A DNA stretch of 64,000 nucleotides, from the NCBI GenBank assembly GCA_965240325.2, contig OZ251223.1:3844001-3908000 (forward strand). The letters are read 5' to 3'. This DNA is from Rebecca billardiae RCC1528 (taxonomy: Eukaryota > Protista > Haptophyta). Position 1 is the stretch's first letter, and the number at the start of each line of letters is the position of its first letter. The notes beneath the pieces were generated by a model. That model had not been told where the DNA came from, searched no databases, and worked only from the letters and a program-made list of their open reading frames with translations. This document shows positions 1-12,538 of the stretch, one piece after another. Both the position numbers and the translations under genes were made by a program.

Positions 1-255
1 CACGCTGCCTTCGCAGTAGTACCACAGCTGCATGCCTCCCTCTGACCCCTTGGGCTTGCCCCACTTCGCGCTCGCGAATCGCGCGAGCCCGGCCTCGGCA
101 TCAGCCATCTGCTGCTTGAGGTCGCCCATGCGAGCCGGCGTGAGCGTCTTGGCGAGTCGTGGCTCAGTGAGCACATCCGCGACACGACCGCGCTTGATCA
201 TCTCCTCGGCATGGCCTGCCTCGGCCTTGTTCGGCCGCTGCGTCGCGCGTAGCAT
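1..255 (-). CDS. 5' part of a hypothetical protein running off the window (possibly leading into a START-like domain)
   Basis: ATG at 255-253, open to base 1: MLRATQRPNKAEAGHAEEMIKRGRV...AKWGKPKGSEGGMQLWYYCEGSV. Coding-like GC3 bias. Divergent from the phosphatase gene. Absent from the ORF track because it has no stop in the window. Confidence 0.6.
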   Translation of the reverse strand, partial: MLRATQRPNKAEAGHAEEMIKRGRVADVLTEPRLAKTLTPARMGDLKQQMADAEAGLARFASAKWGKPKGSEGGMQLWYYCEGSV

Positions 256-442
256 CGTCACGGGGCCATGTACTCCCGCGGGGCCTCGACGACGCCGCGC
301 CCTGCCGCGCTCCGGCGGCGCTGCATTTTTGCATGAGAGTTCCGCGATGATTTTTCAGTTTTCACGCGCAGTCCGGCTTGCTCAGGCGGAAGTCAGAGCA
401 GCCGCTCTGCACAGGCTTGGGCAGGTCCACCGTTGCGAACTC

Positions 443-1288
443 ATGGTCCGCTCGCCCGCGCGGTCTTTGCTCCCGCTCGTACTACTGGCGTTGTCGCGCG
501 TCACGCCTGGCATGGCGCTGAAGCGCGCGTTTGGCATGGCGCTCGCCGTGAGTGACGACGACGGTGCTCGCACGTCCAAGCGCGCGAGCTCCGCTTCGAC
601 TCTCCTGCGCAGTGTCCCGGTGCCCAGCGGCTGGCACGTCATCGGCGGATCGCTGCTCGTCCGCGATCACCACGGCGCTGACGCTCACACACGTGATGGC
701 ATGGCCGTCGCGGCGTTTGACTTTGATGGCTGCCTCGTGCCCTCGCCATTTGGTGGTGCCGGGAAGCGCGATGACTTCGCGAATGTGCCCAGCGTCCTGC
801 GCCAGCTGCACGCCGACGGGTACCGACTTGCTGTCGTGACCAACGAAAGCATGGACCGGTTCCAGAAAGCTGAAGCCATAGCCAAGTGCATGCAGAAGAA
901 GTGCGAGCGCCTCGACACGTTCGTGCAAGAGGTGGACGTTCCGATGCTCCTTCTGTGCGCCACAGCCAAGGATGAGTACCGCAAGCCCAGCACGAAGGCA
1001 TGGGGCGCGCTTGCGAGCCACGACGGCGCCGAGCCCGACATGAAGTGCAGCTTCTTCGTCGGGGACGCCGCTGGGCGGAAGGCTGCCACGGGGCGCAAGC
1101 GGGACTTCTCCGATTCAGATCTCAGGTTTGCAGAGGCGCTCGGCCTCACTTTCTTCACAGAGACGGACTTTTTCAAGGATGGCAAGCGGCCCTCGAGATC
1201 GCCGCCGCAGGCGCCGCCGCCGAAAACGAGTCACATCCCCGGGCAGGCTGAGGCGCCTCCATCTGTCGATCTGACTGGTGACGACTGA
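443..1288 (+). CDS. Polynucleotide 3'-phosphatase (PNK3P/HAD family; PNKP phosphatase domain without kinase or FHA, like Tpp1/ZDP)
   Basis: HAD motifs AAFDFDGCL, VVTNES, YRKPS, SFFVGDAAGR, DFSDSDLRFA..LGLTF. Start at ATG 443 or ATG 512. Confidence 0.88.
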   Translation: MVRSPARSLLPLVLLALSRVTPGMALKRAFGMALAVSDDDGARTSKRASSASTLLRSVPVPSGWHVIGGSLLVRDHHGADAHTRDGMAVAAFDFDGCLVPSPFGGAGKRDDFANVPSVLRQLHADGYRLAVVTNESMDRFQKAEAIAKCMQKKCERLDTFVQEVDVPMLLLCATAKDEYRKPSTKAWGALASHDGAEPDMKCSFFVGDAAGRKAATGRKRDFSDSDLRFAEALGLTFFTETDFFKDGKRPSRSPPQAPPPKTSHIPGQAEAPPSVDLTGDD

Positions 1289-1419
1289 GTCTGTCAGCAT
1301 GAGTTTCCTGACGCCGGCCTGCTGTCGTTGTCTGACCCGAGCCCGGCGACTGACGAGCACTACTACATATACTGCTACTGTCGTAGCAGTAGTGTCTATC
1401 ACTGTCTAAGACTCAGCGC

Positions 1420-1420
<1 letters not shown>

Positions 1421-1478
<58 letters not shown>
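1421..1478. repeat. (AT)n microsatellite
   Basis: Pure AT dinucleotide run between two convergent genes. Confidence 0.97.
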
Positions 1479-1482
<4 letters not shown>

Positions 1483-1774
1483 CTACACTAACACTGACTG
1501 CAGACGACCGCAGTGCAGAGTGCTGTCGCGTGTCTGTCGTGAAGTCGTGAATTAACACTGCTACTACGACATGTAATACTACATGATGACGCGGTCACGC
1601 GCATCACGGGCATCGGCCCGAGTGAGGGCCGAGTGACGCCGCCGGTGTCACGGCCTCACGGTACGGTGCGGCCGAACTACTTATACTACCGAACGCGCGT
1701 CATCCTCTGCTAGCTTTATTAAAGTTATATACAGTATAGCAACACTGCTGATGAGTCGACAACGAGTGCTGTCA

Positions 1775-4700
1775 TCATACGAAGGCCTGCTTGATGCCGC
1801 CGCGACCGCCAGCACGCCCGCGGCCAGGGTCCTGCTGATGACTCCGGTCGCTGCCGGAGCCTGCAACACCATTGCTGCCGTCGCCCCCGCCGGCGGCGGC
1901 GGCAGAGATGGCCGAGCCGAGCGTGCCGCGCTCGGCCAGCAGCGAGGCCGCCTTCTGCGTCACCAGCTCGGGCATGTCACTCTGCGCGAGCGCTTGCAGG
2001 ACGCGCTCGCTGCCGCGCGCGAGCATCAGCGCCTGTGTCGTCGGCTGGTCGCACAGCTGCAGGAAGCACTCGGCTGCCGGCTGGCGCGCGATCGCGTCCG
2101 ACTCTGCGCGCGACTCGCAGAGCGCGGCCAGGCTGTCGAGCGCGGCGTCCGCGGCCTCCGCCTCGAGCAGCTCGCTCGCCGCCGTCGCGTTGTTGAGCAG
2201 CAGGTTGAGGACGAGGAAGCAGCACGCCGCGGCCGCCTGCGCGCTCGCGCGCGGCAGAGCGGGCGGCGCCGCCGGGCGCGCGCGCCGGTGCGAAGCGCTG
2301 AGCGGGCTGGCGAGGGGCGCGCGCGCGCGGCGGCCATCTCGCGCGCGCGCACCTCTCCCCGCTCGGCAGGCTCGAGCGCGCCCAGCTCGTGCGCGAGGCA
2401 GTGTGCGACCAGCCCCGCGCCGCCCGCTGCGATCGCCTGCGCCCGCCGCACGCGCGCGCACGGACGGGCGGCGCGTCGGGCGGCGTGGTGCGCGTGCGCG
2501 CACACACCACGTGCGCGTGCGCGCGTGCGCGCGCACGCCGGGCGCGCCGCCGCTGCCGCGCGCGCGCGCTGCGCGCGCACCTCCTCCTGCGTCGCCCTGT
2601 CGCGCGAGGTGGTGAGGTTGAGCAGCGCGTGCACCGCGTGCACGCGCACCTCCGCGCGCAGCGGGCGCGCGGGCTGCAGCGCGCCGAGCAGCGCGCGCAG
2701 CCCGCCCGCGCGGCGCACCGCGGCGGCGGCGGGCGCGTGCGTGTACACCAGCCCGTTGAGCACCGGCAGGAGCTGGCCCAGCTCCGCGCTCACCCCGCGC
2801 ACCGCCTCCGCCTCCGCGCCGCCCCCGTCCAGCCGCTCGAGCGCCCGCCGCAGCTGGTGCACGAGCGCGGCCGCGCCCGCCTCCTCGAGCGCGACCAGCG
2901 CTACAAACGCGGACTTGGAGAGTTCGTCGTCGTCGTCGTCGGTGATGAGCGAGACGAGCGTGGCGGGCGCGCCGTGCTCCACCGCGAGCCGCGCGTTCGG
3001 CCCGTGCCCCTTCACCACGTTGGACAGGCAGAAGCTCGCGGTCGCGTGCAGCGACTCGACCGGGCCGCCGAGCAGCTCCAGTAGCAGTTGCACGCCGCCC
3101 GCGCGCCCGACCGCGTCCTGCACGCGCGCGCACTCGTACGCGAGGTTGACGAGCGCCATCAGCGCGTACGCGCTGAGCTCGATGGGCGCGGTGGACGCGC
3201 TCGCGCTCGCCGCCGCGCTCGCGCCGATCGCCATCGCCGGCGGCATCGCGGGCGCGCCGAACACGGGGATGGCGCTCGAGTCGGCGCCGGCCGCGCCGCC
3301 GGCGGCGGGCGCGCGCGCCGCGCCGCCGCCGTTGCGCGCGGCGGCGGCGGCGGCGGCGGCGGGGAGCTGCGAGCGCGCGCGCCTGAGGATCGCGAGCAGC
3401 GCGCTCACCGCCGCGTCGTCGTCCGCGAGCGCCGCCTGCGTGCGCTTGTTGTTCCACGTCAGGTGCGAGACGAAGAGGCACGCGGACATGCGCACGCGCA
3501 GCGCCACGGCCGCGGCCGCCGCCTCCGAGCCGGGCGGCGGCGCGCCCTCGGCTGGCGCGCGGACCGCGCTGGCCTCGACGAGGAGCAGCGTGACCACGCG
3601 GCGGAGCAGCTGCGCGTCCGAGCCCAGCTGCGCCTGCGCCGCGTGGTTCGTGTCCACCAGGTTGATCAGCAGCTCGAGCGCGGACGCGGTCACGTCGGAC
3701 ACCTCGTCGCGCAGCACGAGCGCGCTGCACGGCCGCAGCACGCCCAGCTGCAGCGCCTCGGCCTGCGAGGCCGGCTGCTTGTAGATCACGTTGTTGAGCG
3801 CGAGGCACGCGAGCTCGGCGGCGCGCGCGAGCGACGAGCGCGCGGCGCTCGGCGGGCCCGCCGAGCGCGCGCGCGGCCGCGGCGGCGCCGTCGCCCCCAC
3901 GCCCGCGCCGCTCGGCGCGTCCGCTCCGGCCGCGGATGCACCTCCGCCGCCCGCCGCCGCGGCCGCGCGCGCCGCCGGCTGCGCCGCGCCGCCGCCCACG
4001 CTCGCGGCGGCGTTCGCGGCGGCGACGTCGGCGGCGCGCCCGCGCAGCCGCACCTTCGACGGCCACAGCGACATCGAGCCGCCAATCGAGTTCGCCACGC
4101 TCATCCCCGCCACGCTGCCCGGCGTGGTCGCGGGCGAGGTGGCGTGTGCGGAGTCCGCCCACGGCCCGGCCTGCTCGGACGCGGGCGAGACGGCCGTAGC
4201 CGCCGAGAGCTGCTGCGCGCTCGCGTCGGCGAGCTGCGTGCAGATGGGCGGCGGCCGGCGCGGCTCGAGCAGGATGTGCCCGTCCGGCTCCGCCGCCGCG
4301 CGCGCGCGCGGCGCGCAGCACGCCTCCGCCAGGTACACGAGCAGCTCGACGAGCGCAGGCAGCCCGCCCACCTCGCGCACGTACACCTGGTTGCGCGGCG
4401 CGCCGGTCACGACGTGGCACAGCAGGTCGAGGGTGGGGTCGAGGACGCGGAGCGGCATCTCGGAGGGGAAGGTCTGCAGCGTCTTGAGCACCGCCTTCAG
4501 CGCGCCCTCGTCGCGCAGCTCGTGCCGGCACGCCGGGTGCGCGTGCGCGAGCATCGCGAGCAGCTGCAGCGCGCGCACCTGAATGTCCGCGTTGTAGTCG
4601 AGCGCGCACTCGCGCAGCACCGCCACGCCGTGCTTGCGCAGGAAGAGCGCCTGCGTGCGGCGCGAGCCGGCGAGGACGACGGAGGTGGCCTGGCACGCGG

Positions 4701-6176
4701 CGGTGAGCACCGTCTCGTCCACGTTGCCCAGGCAGCGCAGCAGCATCTCCACGCTCAACGCGCCGTGCATGTGCACGAACAAATAGTGCGCCTCCGTGCA
4801 GTGCCGCACGAGCCGGCGCGAGTTGCCGAGCGCCTCCGCCACCACCTCCGTGTGCTGGTGGTTGTGCCGGATGTCGAGGAGCTGGTCGAGGATGAGGTGG
4901 TGCAGCGTGACGAAGTCGGAGAGCGGGCACACCCGCGCGAGCGCCGAGCCGCCCTCCCCGCCCAGCGCCGGCACCACCTTCTCCTGCGCGGTGCGCGCGA
5001 CCGCCTCGATCGCCGGCTGATTGTCGAGCTGCGCGCACAGCACAAGGAGCAGCGACGCCAGGTACGACGCGGGCAGCCGCGCGCGGTGGCTGCGCGACTG
5101 CGTGGACCACGAGTACCAGACGAAGATGTGCGCGAGCAGCGTCTCCAGCGCCGCGTGCTCCACCACCACCTGCTGGTTCTGCCCGTTGCACCACGCCATC
5201 GAGTTGAGCGCGAGCAGCAGCTGCTCGGTCACGATCGGCGGCACGCGCGAGCCCGCGCGCGCGCCGCCCGCGCCGTCGCCGTTCGCGGCGGCGTCGGGCG
5301 GGCCGTGGCTGGCGACGGCGGTGCGCGCGCTGGCGAGCAGCATCTCGAGCAGCCCCGCCGCCGCGCACGCCTCCTGCGCCTGCGGCAGCATCGAGCACAG
5401 GTTGATCACCAGCTCGAAGAGGCTGCACGCCAGCCGCGCGCGCGCGGGCTCGAGCTCGTCCAGCAGAGGCGCCGACGCGGCGGGCTCGGCGGCCGCGGGC
5501 GCGGCGGCGCCGAGGCAGGCGGCGATCGCGATCGCGAGCGCGTCGCACCCGCCCGCGTCCAGCGTCTGCTGGCACGCGCGGCTCGAGTGGAATGTCAGGC
5601 AGCAGAGCGCGTTGGTCGCCGGCTCGATCAGCCGCTCGCGGCCCTCGCTGCCGTACTCGGCCGCGCGGCGCAGGAGGGAGAGCAGCAGCGGGATGCCGTT
5701 CGGCTGCTTGAGGAAGACCTTGTGGCTCGCCGTCACGCTGCACAGCAGGCACTCCTGCGCGGCGGCGCCGACGTGCCGGGCGAGCGCATGTCGCGCGCGC
5801 GTCGCGCGCCGCGGCGCGCGGTTGAGCGCGGCCTCGATCGAAAGCACAGGCGCGTGCGCGCGCTCGCGCGCGCGCGCGCCGGCGGGAGCGCGCGCACCAG
5901 GAGCCAGACGATGTCGAAGAGGACGGCCTCCTCTGTCGAGCCTCGCGCGGCCGCGTCGCCCACCTCCTCGAGCACCTCGACGAGCGTGCGCATGGTGGGC
6001 GCCTTCTTCGAGCCGATCGACTCGAGCTCCTCGGCGGACGAGGCGCCCTCGCAGAACAGGCGCAGCCGGGCGAGCGCGTCCCAGCGGTCGGCGCGCGACT
6101 TGTCGGCGATGGCGTTGAGCACAACCTTCACCTTGCTCAGCACCCGCGCCTCGGCGGGCGACTGCGGGCCCGGCAT
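1775..6176 (-). CDS. Large armadillo/ARM-repeat protein (exons 6176-5898, 5754-2581, 2436-2353, 2236-1775)
   Basis: Repeated ARM-like units (GIPLLLSLL, EGALKAVLKTL, RNQVYVREVGGLPALVELL, RAGGVQLLLELL, AGGLRALLGAL). GT-AG introns 5897-5755, 2580-2437 and 2352-2237 join the frames. Confidence 0.82.
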
Positions 6177-6416
6177 GGCTGCACGCTTGGTTGACGGCGC
6201 CGCCTCTCCGACCCGCTCAGCGGCCGCTTGAGAGCTTGAGCGGGCAGTTGCAAGCCTACAGTCTTGGGCCAAGGGCCTTGGTTGGGCCAAGTGCGTTGAG
6301 CCGCCATCGTGGCGTGTTTGAGCTGTAGCATCTCGCCGTTATCGCCGGGCGCTGCCGCAAGCAGGCAGGCCCTCACCGCGTGCCGTCCGGGCGCGCGCCT
6401 GGCAGCTGCGGGCACC

Positions 6417-9400
6417 ATGTCGCAGCCAGAGTCGTGGATGGTGCAGGATGAGATGTGCGTGCCGCCCTCGCGCGCCACGGCGCGCGCCGCGGCGAGCCTG
6501 CGCGCACCGCGCGGGCGCGCACCGCGCTCGGCGCGGCCGCCCCCGACCGACCGACTGCGCTCGCCACCGTGGCTGGGGTTGCGCGCAGGCTGAGCGCGGG
6601 ATGCTCCAAGACGGGGCTGCAGTACGTGGATGAGAAGACCCTGATGCTCATCAGCGGCGCGTGCCTCAAGCTCGGCTCGGACGTGGCCCTGGGCGCGCCG
6701 GCGCAGTTCCTCACGTGCGAGACGCCGCACGGCATCTCCTGCGCGGCGGCCAACTGGCGGATGAACGTCCTCGCGTACGCGGAGAAGTCGCTGAACCCAG
6801 CGATCTACGTGTACGAGCACCCGAGCCTCGAGCTGCTCGCCAAGCTCGACGGTGGGTCGCGCGCGCGCGGGCGCGCGCGCAGCGGCGACGAGTGCGCCGC
6901 GCGCAGCGCTGACCGCCCGCGCGCGCGTGGTGCGCGCGGTGTGCTCGCCACGTCGCGCAGGCGGCGCGGAGATCGAGGTGAGCGCGCTGAGCTTCGCGCG
7001 CAACAAGACCTGGCTCGCCTCGCTCGGCGCCGAGCCCGACCTCGCGTTCGTCGTGTGGGACTACAGCACGGGCGCGCAGGTGGCGCGCAGCAAGGCGCAG
7101 GCCGCGTGCGTGTCGCTCACGCTCGACCCGCAGTCGCCCCTCAACGCGGCGACGATGACGGTCGGCGGCGTGCTCTCGATGTGGCAGCTCCGCCCGGTGC
7201 ACGGCTCGCACAACGTCTCCACCGTCGACATCATGCCCGCGCTCGACGACGAGGAGGAGGACGCCGAGCGCGGCATGCTCGCCGGCGGCGCGGACGAGTC
7301 GGGCGGCGGCGCGCGCTTCACGTCGCTCTGCTGGGCGAGCGGCTCGCTGCTGTACGCGGCGGGCAGCACGGGCACGCTGCAGTGCTTCGAGGCGCCCGGC
7401 GGCGTCGAGCGCACCGAGCGGCGCGCGCAGCTGCCCGCCGCGCCCACCGCCCTCGTCGCGCTGCGCGGGCACATCGTCGCCGCGTGCGGCCACGAGGTCG
7501 TGTGGGTCGAGCTCGAGAGCGCGGCCGTGTGCTTCGCCGTCCACATCGGCGTGGGGATCCGCGCGCTGGCGCTCTCGCCGCCGTGCGTCTCGCTGATCGC
7601 GGAGTGCGACGACGCGACGACGCGCAAGCTCGTCCTCGCGCGCCCCGAGCTCATCCCCAGCACGCCCGAAGACGCGCTCGACGCGGCGGCCGTGCTCGAG
7701 GCGGGCGACCGGCTCGAGGGCTCGGACGAGGCGGTGAGCATCGTCGAGATCGGCGCGGGGCACGCCGGCGCGATCAGCGGGATGGGCGTGCTGCCCGCGC
7801 CGGACCCGGAGGCGGCGGACGGCCCGCCGCCGTGCCTGATCACCTGCGGCGACGACGGCTGCGTCCGCGCGTGGGACTTCGCCGCGCTCGAGCAGCTGCA
7901 GGTGATCCGGCCGCCGGGCGACACCAAGCCGAGCGCGCTCGCCGTGTGCCGGCTGACGGCGCTCGTCGCGGTCGGCTCGTCGGGCGGCGCGGTGCGGCTG
8001 CTGCGCCGGATGCCGTCGGGCGTGCTCGTGCTCGTGCTCGTCAAGCGCTTCGCCGACAGCCCCGTCGTCGCCGTCGCCTTCGACGCCGAGGGCGCGCGGC
8101 TGGCGGTCGTGCACGCGAACGGCACGGTCGCGTTTGTGTGCACGTTTGGAGCCCTGCGCACGCTCGGCGTGGGCGTGGCCGCGGTCGGCTCGCGCCCGCT
8201 CGCCGCCGCGTGGGCCGAGCTGCCCGGGGCGGGCCCGCGGCTGCTCGTCTCCGGCGCGGACCGCACGGTCGTGCGCCTCACCCCGCCCCCGCTCTCCGAG
8301 GACGCGCCCGACGACCTCCGCCTCACCAAGTCGCTGCTGCGACCGCGCTCGACGCTGCTGCCGTCGCGCGCGCGAGCGCTCTCTGCCGCGCCCGTCTCGT
8401 TCGGGCCCGAGTCGGTCTTCGCCGCGTGCGAGGACGGGACGGTGCGCGCGTACGCCGTCGCGCCGGACGAGTACCGCGGCGGCGCGCTCGACGGCGACGA
8501 GGCCGGCGGGCGCGACGCGCCCGGCGCCTCCGAGAGCGGCGGGCACGAGGGCGAGGTGCTCACGACGCACGAGATGGGCGCGAGCGCGCTTGCGGTCGGC
8601 AACGACGGCCGCCACTACGCGTCCGGCTCGGCGTCGGGCGTGGTGCTCGTGCAGGGCGCGACGGTGGACACGCAGGGCGAGTGGGCGATGCGCGCGTTCG
8701 ACTCGGTCCTCGGCGGCTGCGCCGCCGTCGCCCTCTTCGCCGAGGAGGGCTCCGAGAAGACGTCCCTCCTGTTTGGCGGGCAGGACGGCGTGCTGTACAG
8801 CTGCGAGCTGCTCAACCGAGTCGACATCGAGCCGCCGCCCCCGCCGCCGCCCAACGAGCTGGCGGCGCCCGCGCTGGGCGAGGAGGCGAACGTGGCGGAC
8901 GCGGAGGTGCCGCTCGAGCTCGAGACCGTCGTGAGCTCCATCTCCGAGGAGGAGGCCGCGCGCCGCTCCGACGCGCGCGCGGACGGCCTGGCCAAGCTCG
9001 ACAGGATCCGAGCGCAGCTGCACGCGCTGCTGCAGCGCAACGAGGGCGCGGACGAGCTGGAGCGGCTGCCGCCGGACGAGCTGGTGATCGACGAGCAGCT
9101 GCGCGCGGAGCTCGCGCGCGCGGCGGACGCCGAGGCCGACGCGTTCCGCCGCGACGCGCGCCGGCGCAACCTGCGCAAGCTGCTGCTGTGGGAGCGCACG
9201 CAGCAAGAGGTGGTCGCGCCGATGGCCACCAAGGGCGTCGCCATCGAGCCGTTGCCCGTGCCCGATGTCGAGGCGGACGGCGCGGCGCTCGGCGCGACGG
9301 GCGCGAGCGCGGGCGGCGGCGCGGCGGGGCTGAGCACGCGCAAGCCCGGCGGCGCGGCCGAGGCCGCGCCGCTCCCCGCCCCCGTGCACAACTACCCGCT

Positions 9401-9785
9401 GCGCAAGCCGAGCGCGAACACCGAGCGCGCGCGGCGCGCGGTGCGTCTGCTGCGCGAGGTTGAGCTGCGAGAGCGCGCGTGGCTGGCGACCGAGGGGCTG
9501 GCGGACGAGGACCTCGCCGCGGCGGCGTTCGAGGACGCGCCGTCGATCGAGAAGGCCATCGGGCGCGTGCCCGGCGACGACGACCCCGAGCCGGGCGAGG
9601 CCGCCGCGGGCGGCGCCGCCGCGGGCGGCGCGCAGGCCGCCGCGGCGAGCGCGGACGCGGACGACGACGCCGACATTGGCGCGGGCGCCGACGGCGCCGA
9701 CGGCGCCGACGGCGACGCGGACGGCGACGCGATCGCGGCGGAGGGCGGCGGCGCGGCCGGCGCGGCCGGCGCCGCCGGCGGCGGC

Positions 9786-9817
<32 letters not shown>

Positions 9818-12538
9818 GCTGCCCGCCGCCGCCGCCGCCGGCGCCGCGGCCGCGAGCGCGGGCACAGACCGGTCGGTAGCCATCCTCGCGGCGGCCGCGG
9901 GGCGCGAGCTGAGCACGCGCGAGCTGTGCTACCCGCCGTACGAGCTGTACACGGAGCGGCGGAAGCGCGCGCAGGTGATCCTGCGCGCGCAGCTCGTCGA
10001 GAACACCAAGGCGCGCTTCAACAAGCAGTTCGACGCGCTCGCCACCGCCAAGCGCAAGGAGGTCGAGCGCATCCACGAGAAGGACGCGCGCATCGACGAG
10101 ATCTGCGCCGAGCTCGGGGTGGGCAGCGCGGCGCACCGCCCCACCTTCTCGCAGGCGGAGGAGCCGGAGCGGCAGCTGCACGTGGACGACGCGGAGATCG
10201 TCGCGCCCAAGTGGGAGTCCGCGGAGGAGCGCGCCAAGCGCGAGGCGCAGGAGAAGGCCGCCGCCGAGCGCGCCGCCGCCGCGAACCGCGACGACGCGCC
10301 GCGGCGCGCGCTGCGGCAGATGATGCACGGCACGCTCGAGCGCAAGCGCGACGACGAGCTCGCGGAGGAGCTGCTCAGGCCGGCGTGGATGGCGGAGAAG
10401 GCGGCGGAGGAGATGACGGAGGAGGAGCTCAACGCGGTGCGCGAGTTCGAGGCGCGCGCCAAGAAGATCGAGGAGGAGCGCGAGAAGGTGCGCAAGGGGC
10501 TGCAGGCCGAGATGGCCAAGCTGCGCGCGGACGAGTCGGAGCTGTGCCGCGCGTTCAACGCCAAGCTGGGCGCGCTCGCCGCGCACAAGCTGGACGTGGA
10601 CCAGGCGGTGTTCGAGCTCGAGCTGATGATGATCAAGATCTCGCAGTCGCAGCTCCGCGCCGAGCAGCAGGTGCGCCGCCAGCGCGCGATGGCCGACGAG
10701 CTCGACGTGCTGCGCGCGCGCAGGCTCGAGACGGCCGCGGCGCGCGACGCGTTTGCGGCGCGCGTCGACGACGCGCGCGCCGCGTACGAGCGCGCGGAGA
10801 ACGAGAACCGCGCGCGCGGCAACGAGAAGACGTTCCGCACGCGCGAGTTCGCCGACGCGCCCGAGCACGTCGACGCGCTCTGGCGGCTCTTCCGCCGGCG
10901 CGAGGTCGTCAAGGTGCGCGTGGACGTGCCGGGCGACGAGGACGAGCAGCCTGCTGGCCACCACGCCGATCACTCCAACGTCTTTGTCGCCGCAGCGAAC
11001 GCGGCGGGCGCCGAGCTGTCGCGCACGGACCTCGAGACGGTGCCCGGCGTGTCCGAGCTGGACCCGTTCCTCGAGGCCGACCGCGCCGCCGTGCCCACCA
11101 AGGACGAGGTGCAGAAGCTCGACGCCGCCGTCGACCTCCCGGAAGGCATGGGCTTCAACCTCTGGGACCGGCTTGAGCGCATGCGCACCGACAAGATTGC
11201 AAAGGAGGAGGAGGTGGCGCAGAAGAAGGCGGAGCTCGAGGAGATGGAGCGGTGCGCGCGGCGGCGCACGGCGCCCCTCCCTCCCGCGCGGCCGCGGCGC
11301 CGGCGGCGCACGCCGGCTCTCACCGCCCGCCCTCTCGCCCGCGCCCGGCCCGACCCCTGGCCCACGCGCGCGCCCCGTGCGTGCGCTGCGTGCGCTGCCC
11401 CGCGCGCGCGCGCACGCAGCCACCTCGCTGAGCTGGACGCTGAGGACGGCGACGTGGCGGCGGCCATCGAGCAGCTCGAGCACGACTCGGTCGCCTTCGT
11501 CGAGCTGCGGCAGAAGGCACGGCGCAGCGCGCCGACCCGCCCACTCCGCTGCCCTCCCCGCCTCGCGCGCTGCCCCCCATCCCCCACCCTGCCTCGCTCG
11601 CCCTCGCGCGCGCGCGCCCGCTCACGCTTCCGCCCGCAACCCGCCGCCGCGCGCGCCGCGCGCGCCCCGCCCCGCCCCGCAGGAGGCGTGGGACGTGGAG
11701 GTGCCGATCAAGCTGCGGCAGGGGCAGATCGAGGTGGAGCAGGCGGCGGTCGTCACCGACTTCGCCAACGCGCTCTTCGTCCACCGCGACGCGGTGCGCT
11801 CGCTCAACACGGAGATCACGCGGCTGGGCGGAGAGAAGGTGGAGATCCTCAAGGAGGTGCGCGACTTCCGGAAGGGGATCGCCGAGCTGCTGTGGGAGAA
11901 CGAGCGGCTGGCGATGGAGGGGAACGACCTGATCGAGCGCACGCGCGAGTTCCAGCTGCTCCGCGTCACCAAGGACCTGCAGAAGCTGATGCGCGGCGGC
12001 GGCGAGGACTCGCAGATCGCCGAGGTCTCGCAGCTCGAGCGCAAGCTTGACTCGATGGGCTCGAGCCACGACGCGCGCGTCGCCGAGCGCGAGCGGCAGC
12101 TCAAGAAGATGCACAGGCTGCGCGCGGAGAAGCACGCCGAGCTGATGCGGCTGCGCGGGCAGATCGAGGTGCGCGCGCGCGCGACGCGCGCGCGGCGCCG
12201 ACGCGCCGCGCGCCCGCGCGCGCGCCGGGCGCGGGCTCACGCCGGGCGCGGGCTGTGCTCTGGCGCGCCGCCTCGCATCGGCTCGGCTCAACCAGGCACT
12301 CGAGGCGACGGTCTCGGAGCGCGAGACCATCGCGCAGATCCAGTCCGTCAACACGGACTCGTCGATGGAGGCCTCGCGCCGCGTGCACCACGTGAACGCG
12401 CAGCGCAAGCTCAAGTCGCTCATCAAGATGCAGGCGCAGGAGATCGAGCTGCTGCGCGAGGAGCTCGACCGGCTGCGCCGACGCACGTTCCCCACCTTCA
12501 CCAACTACGAGCAGGCGCGCCGGCAACCGGTGGACTAA
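6417..12538 (+). CDS. CFAP43: Cilia- and flagella-associated protein 43 (WD40 plus coiled coil)
   Basis: N-terminus VLAYAEKSLNPAIYVYEHPSL...WLASLGAEPDLAFVVWDY and C-terminus LRQGQIEVE...IELLREELDRLRRRTFPTF match CFAP43/WDR96. Introns 6455-6588, 6852-6960, 11252-11419, 11517-11682 (GC-AG), 12169-12295. Stop TAA at 12536-12538. Confidence 0.92.
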
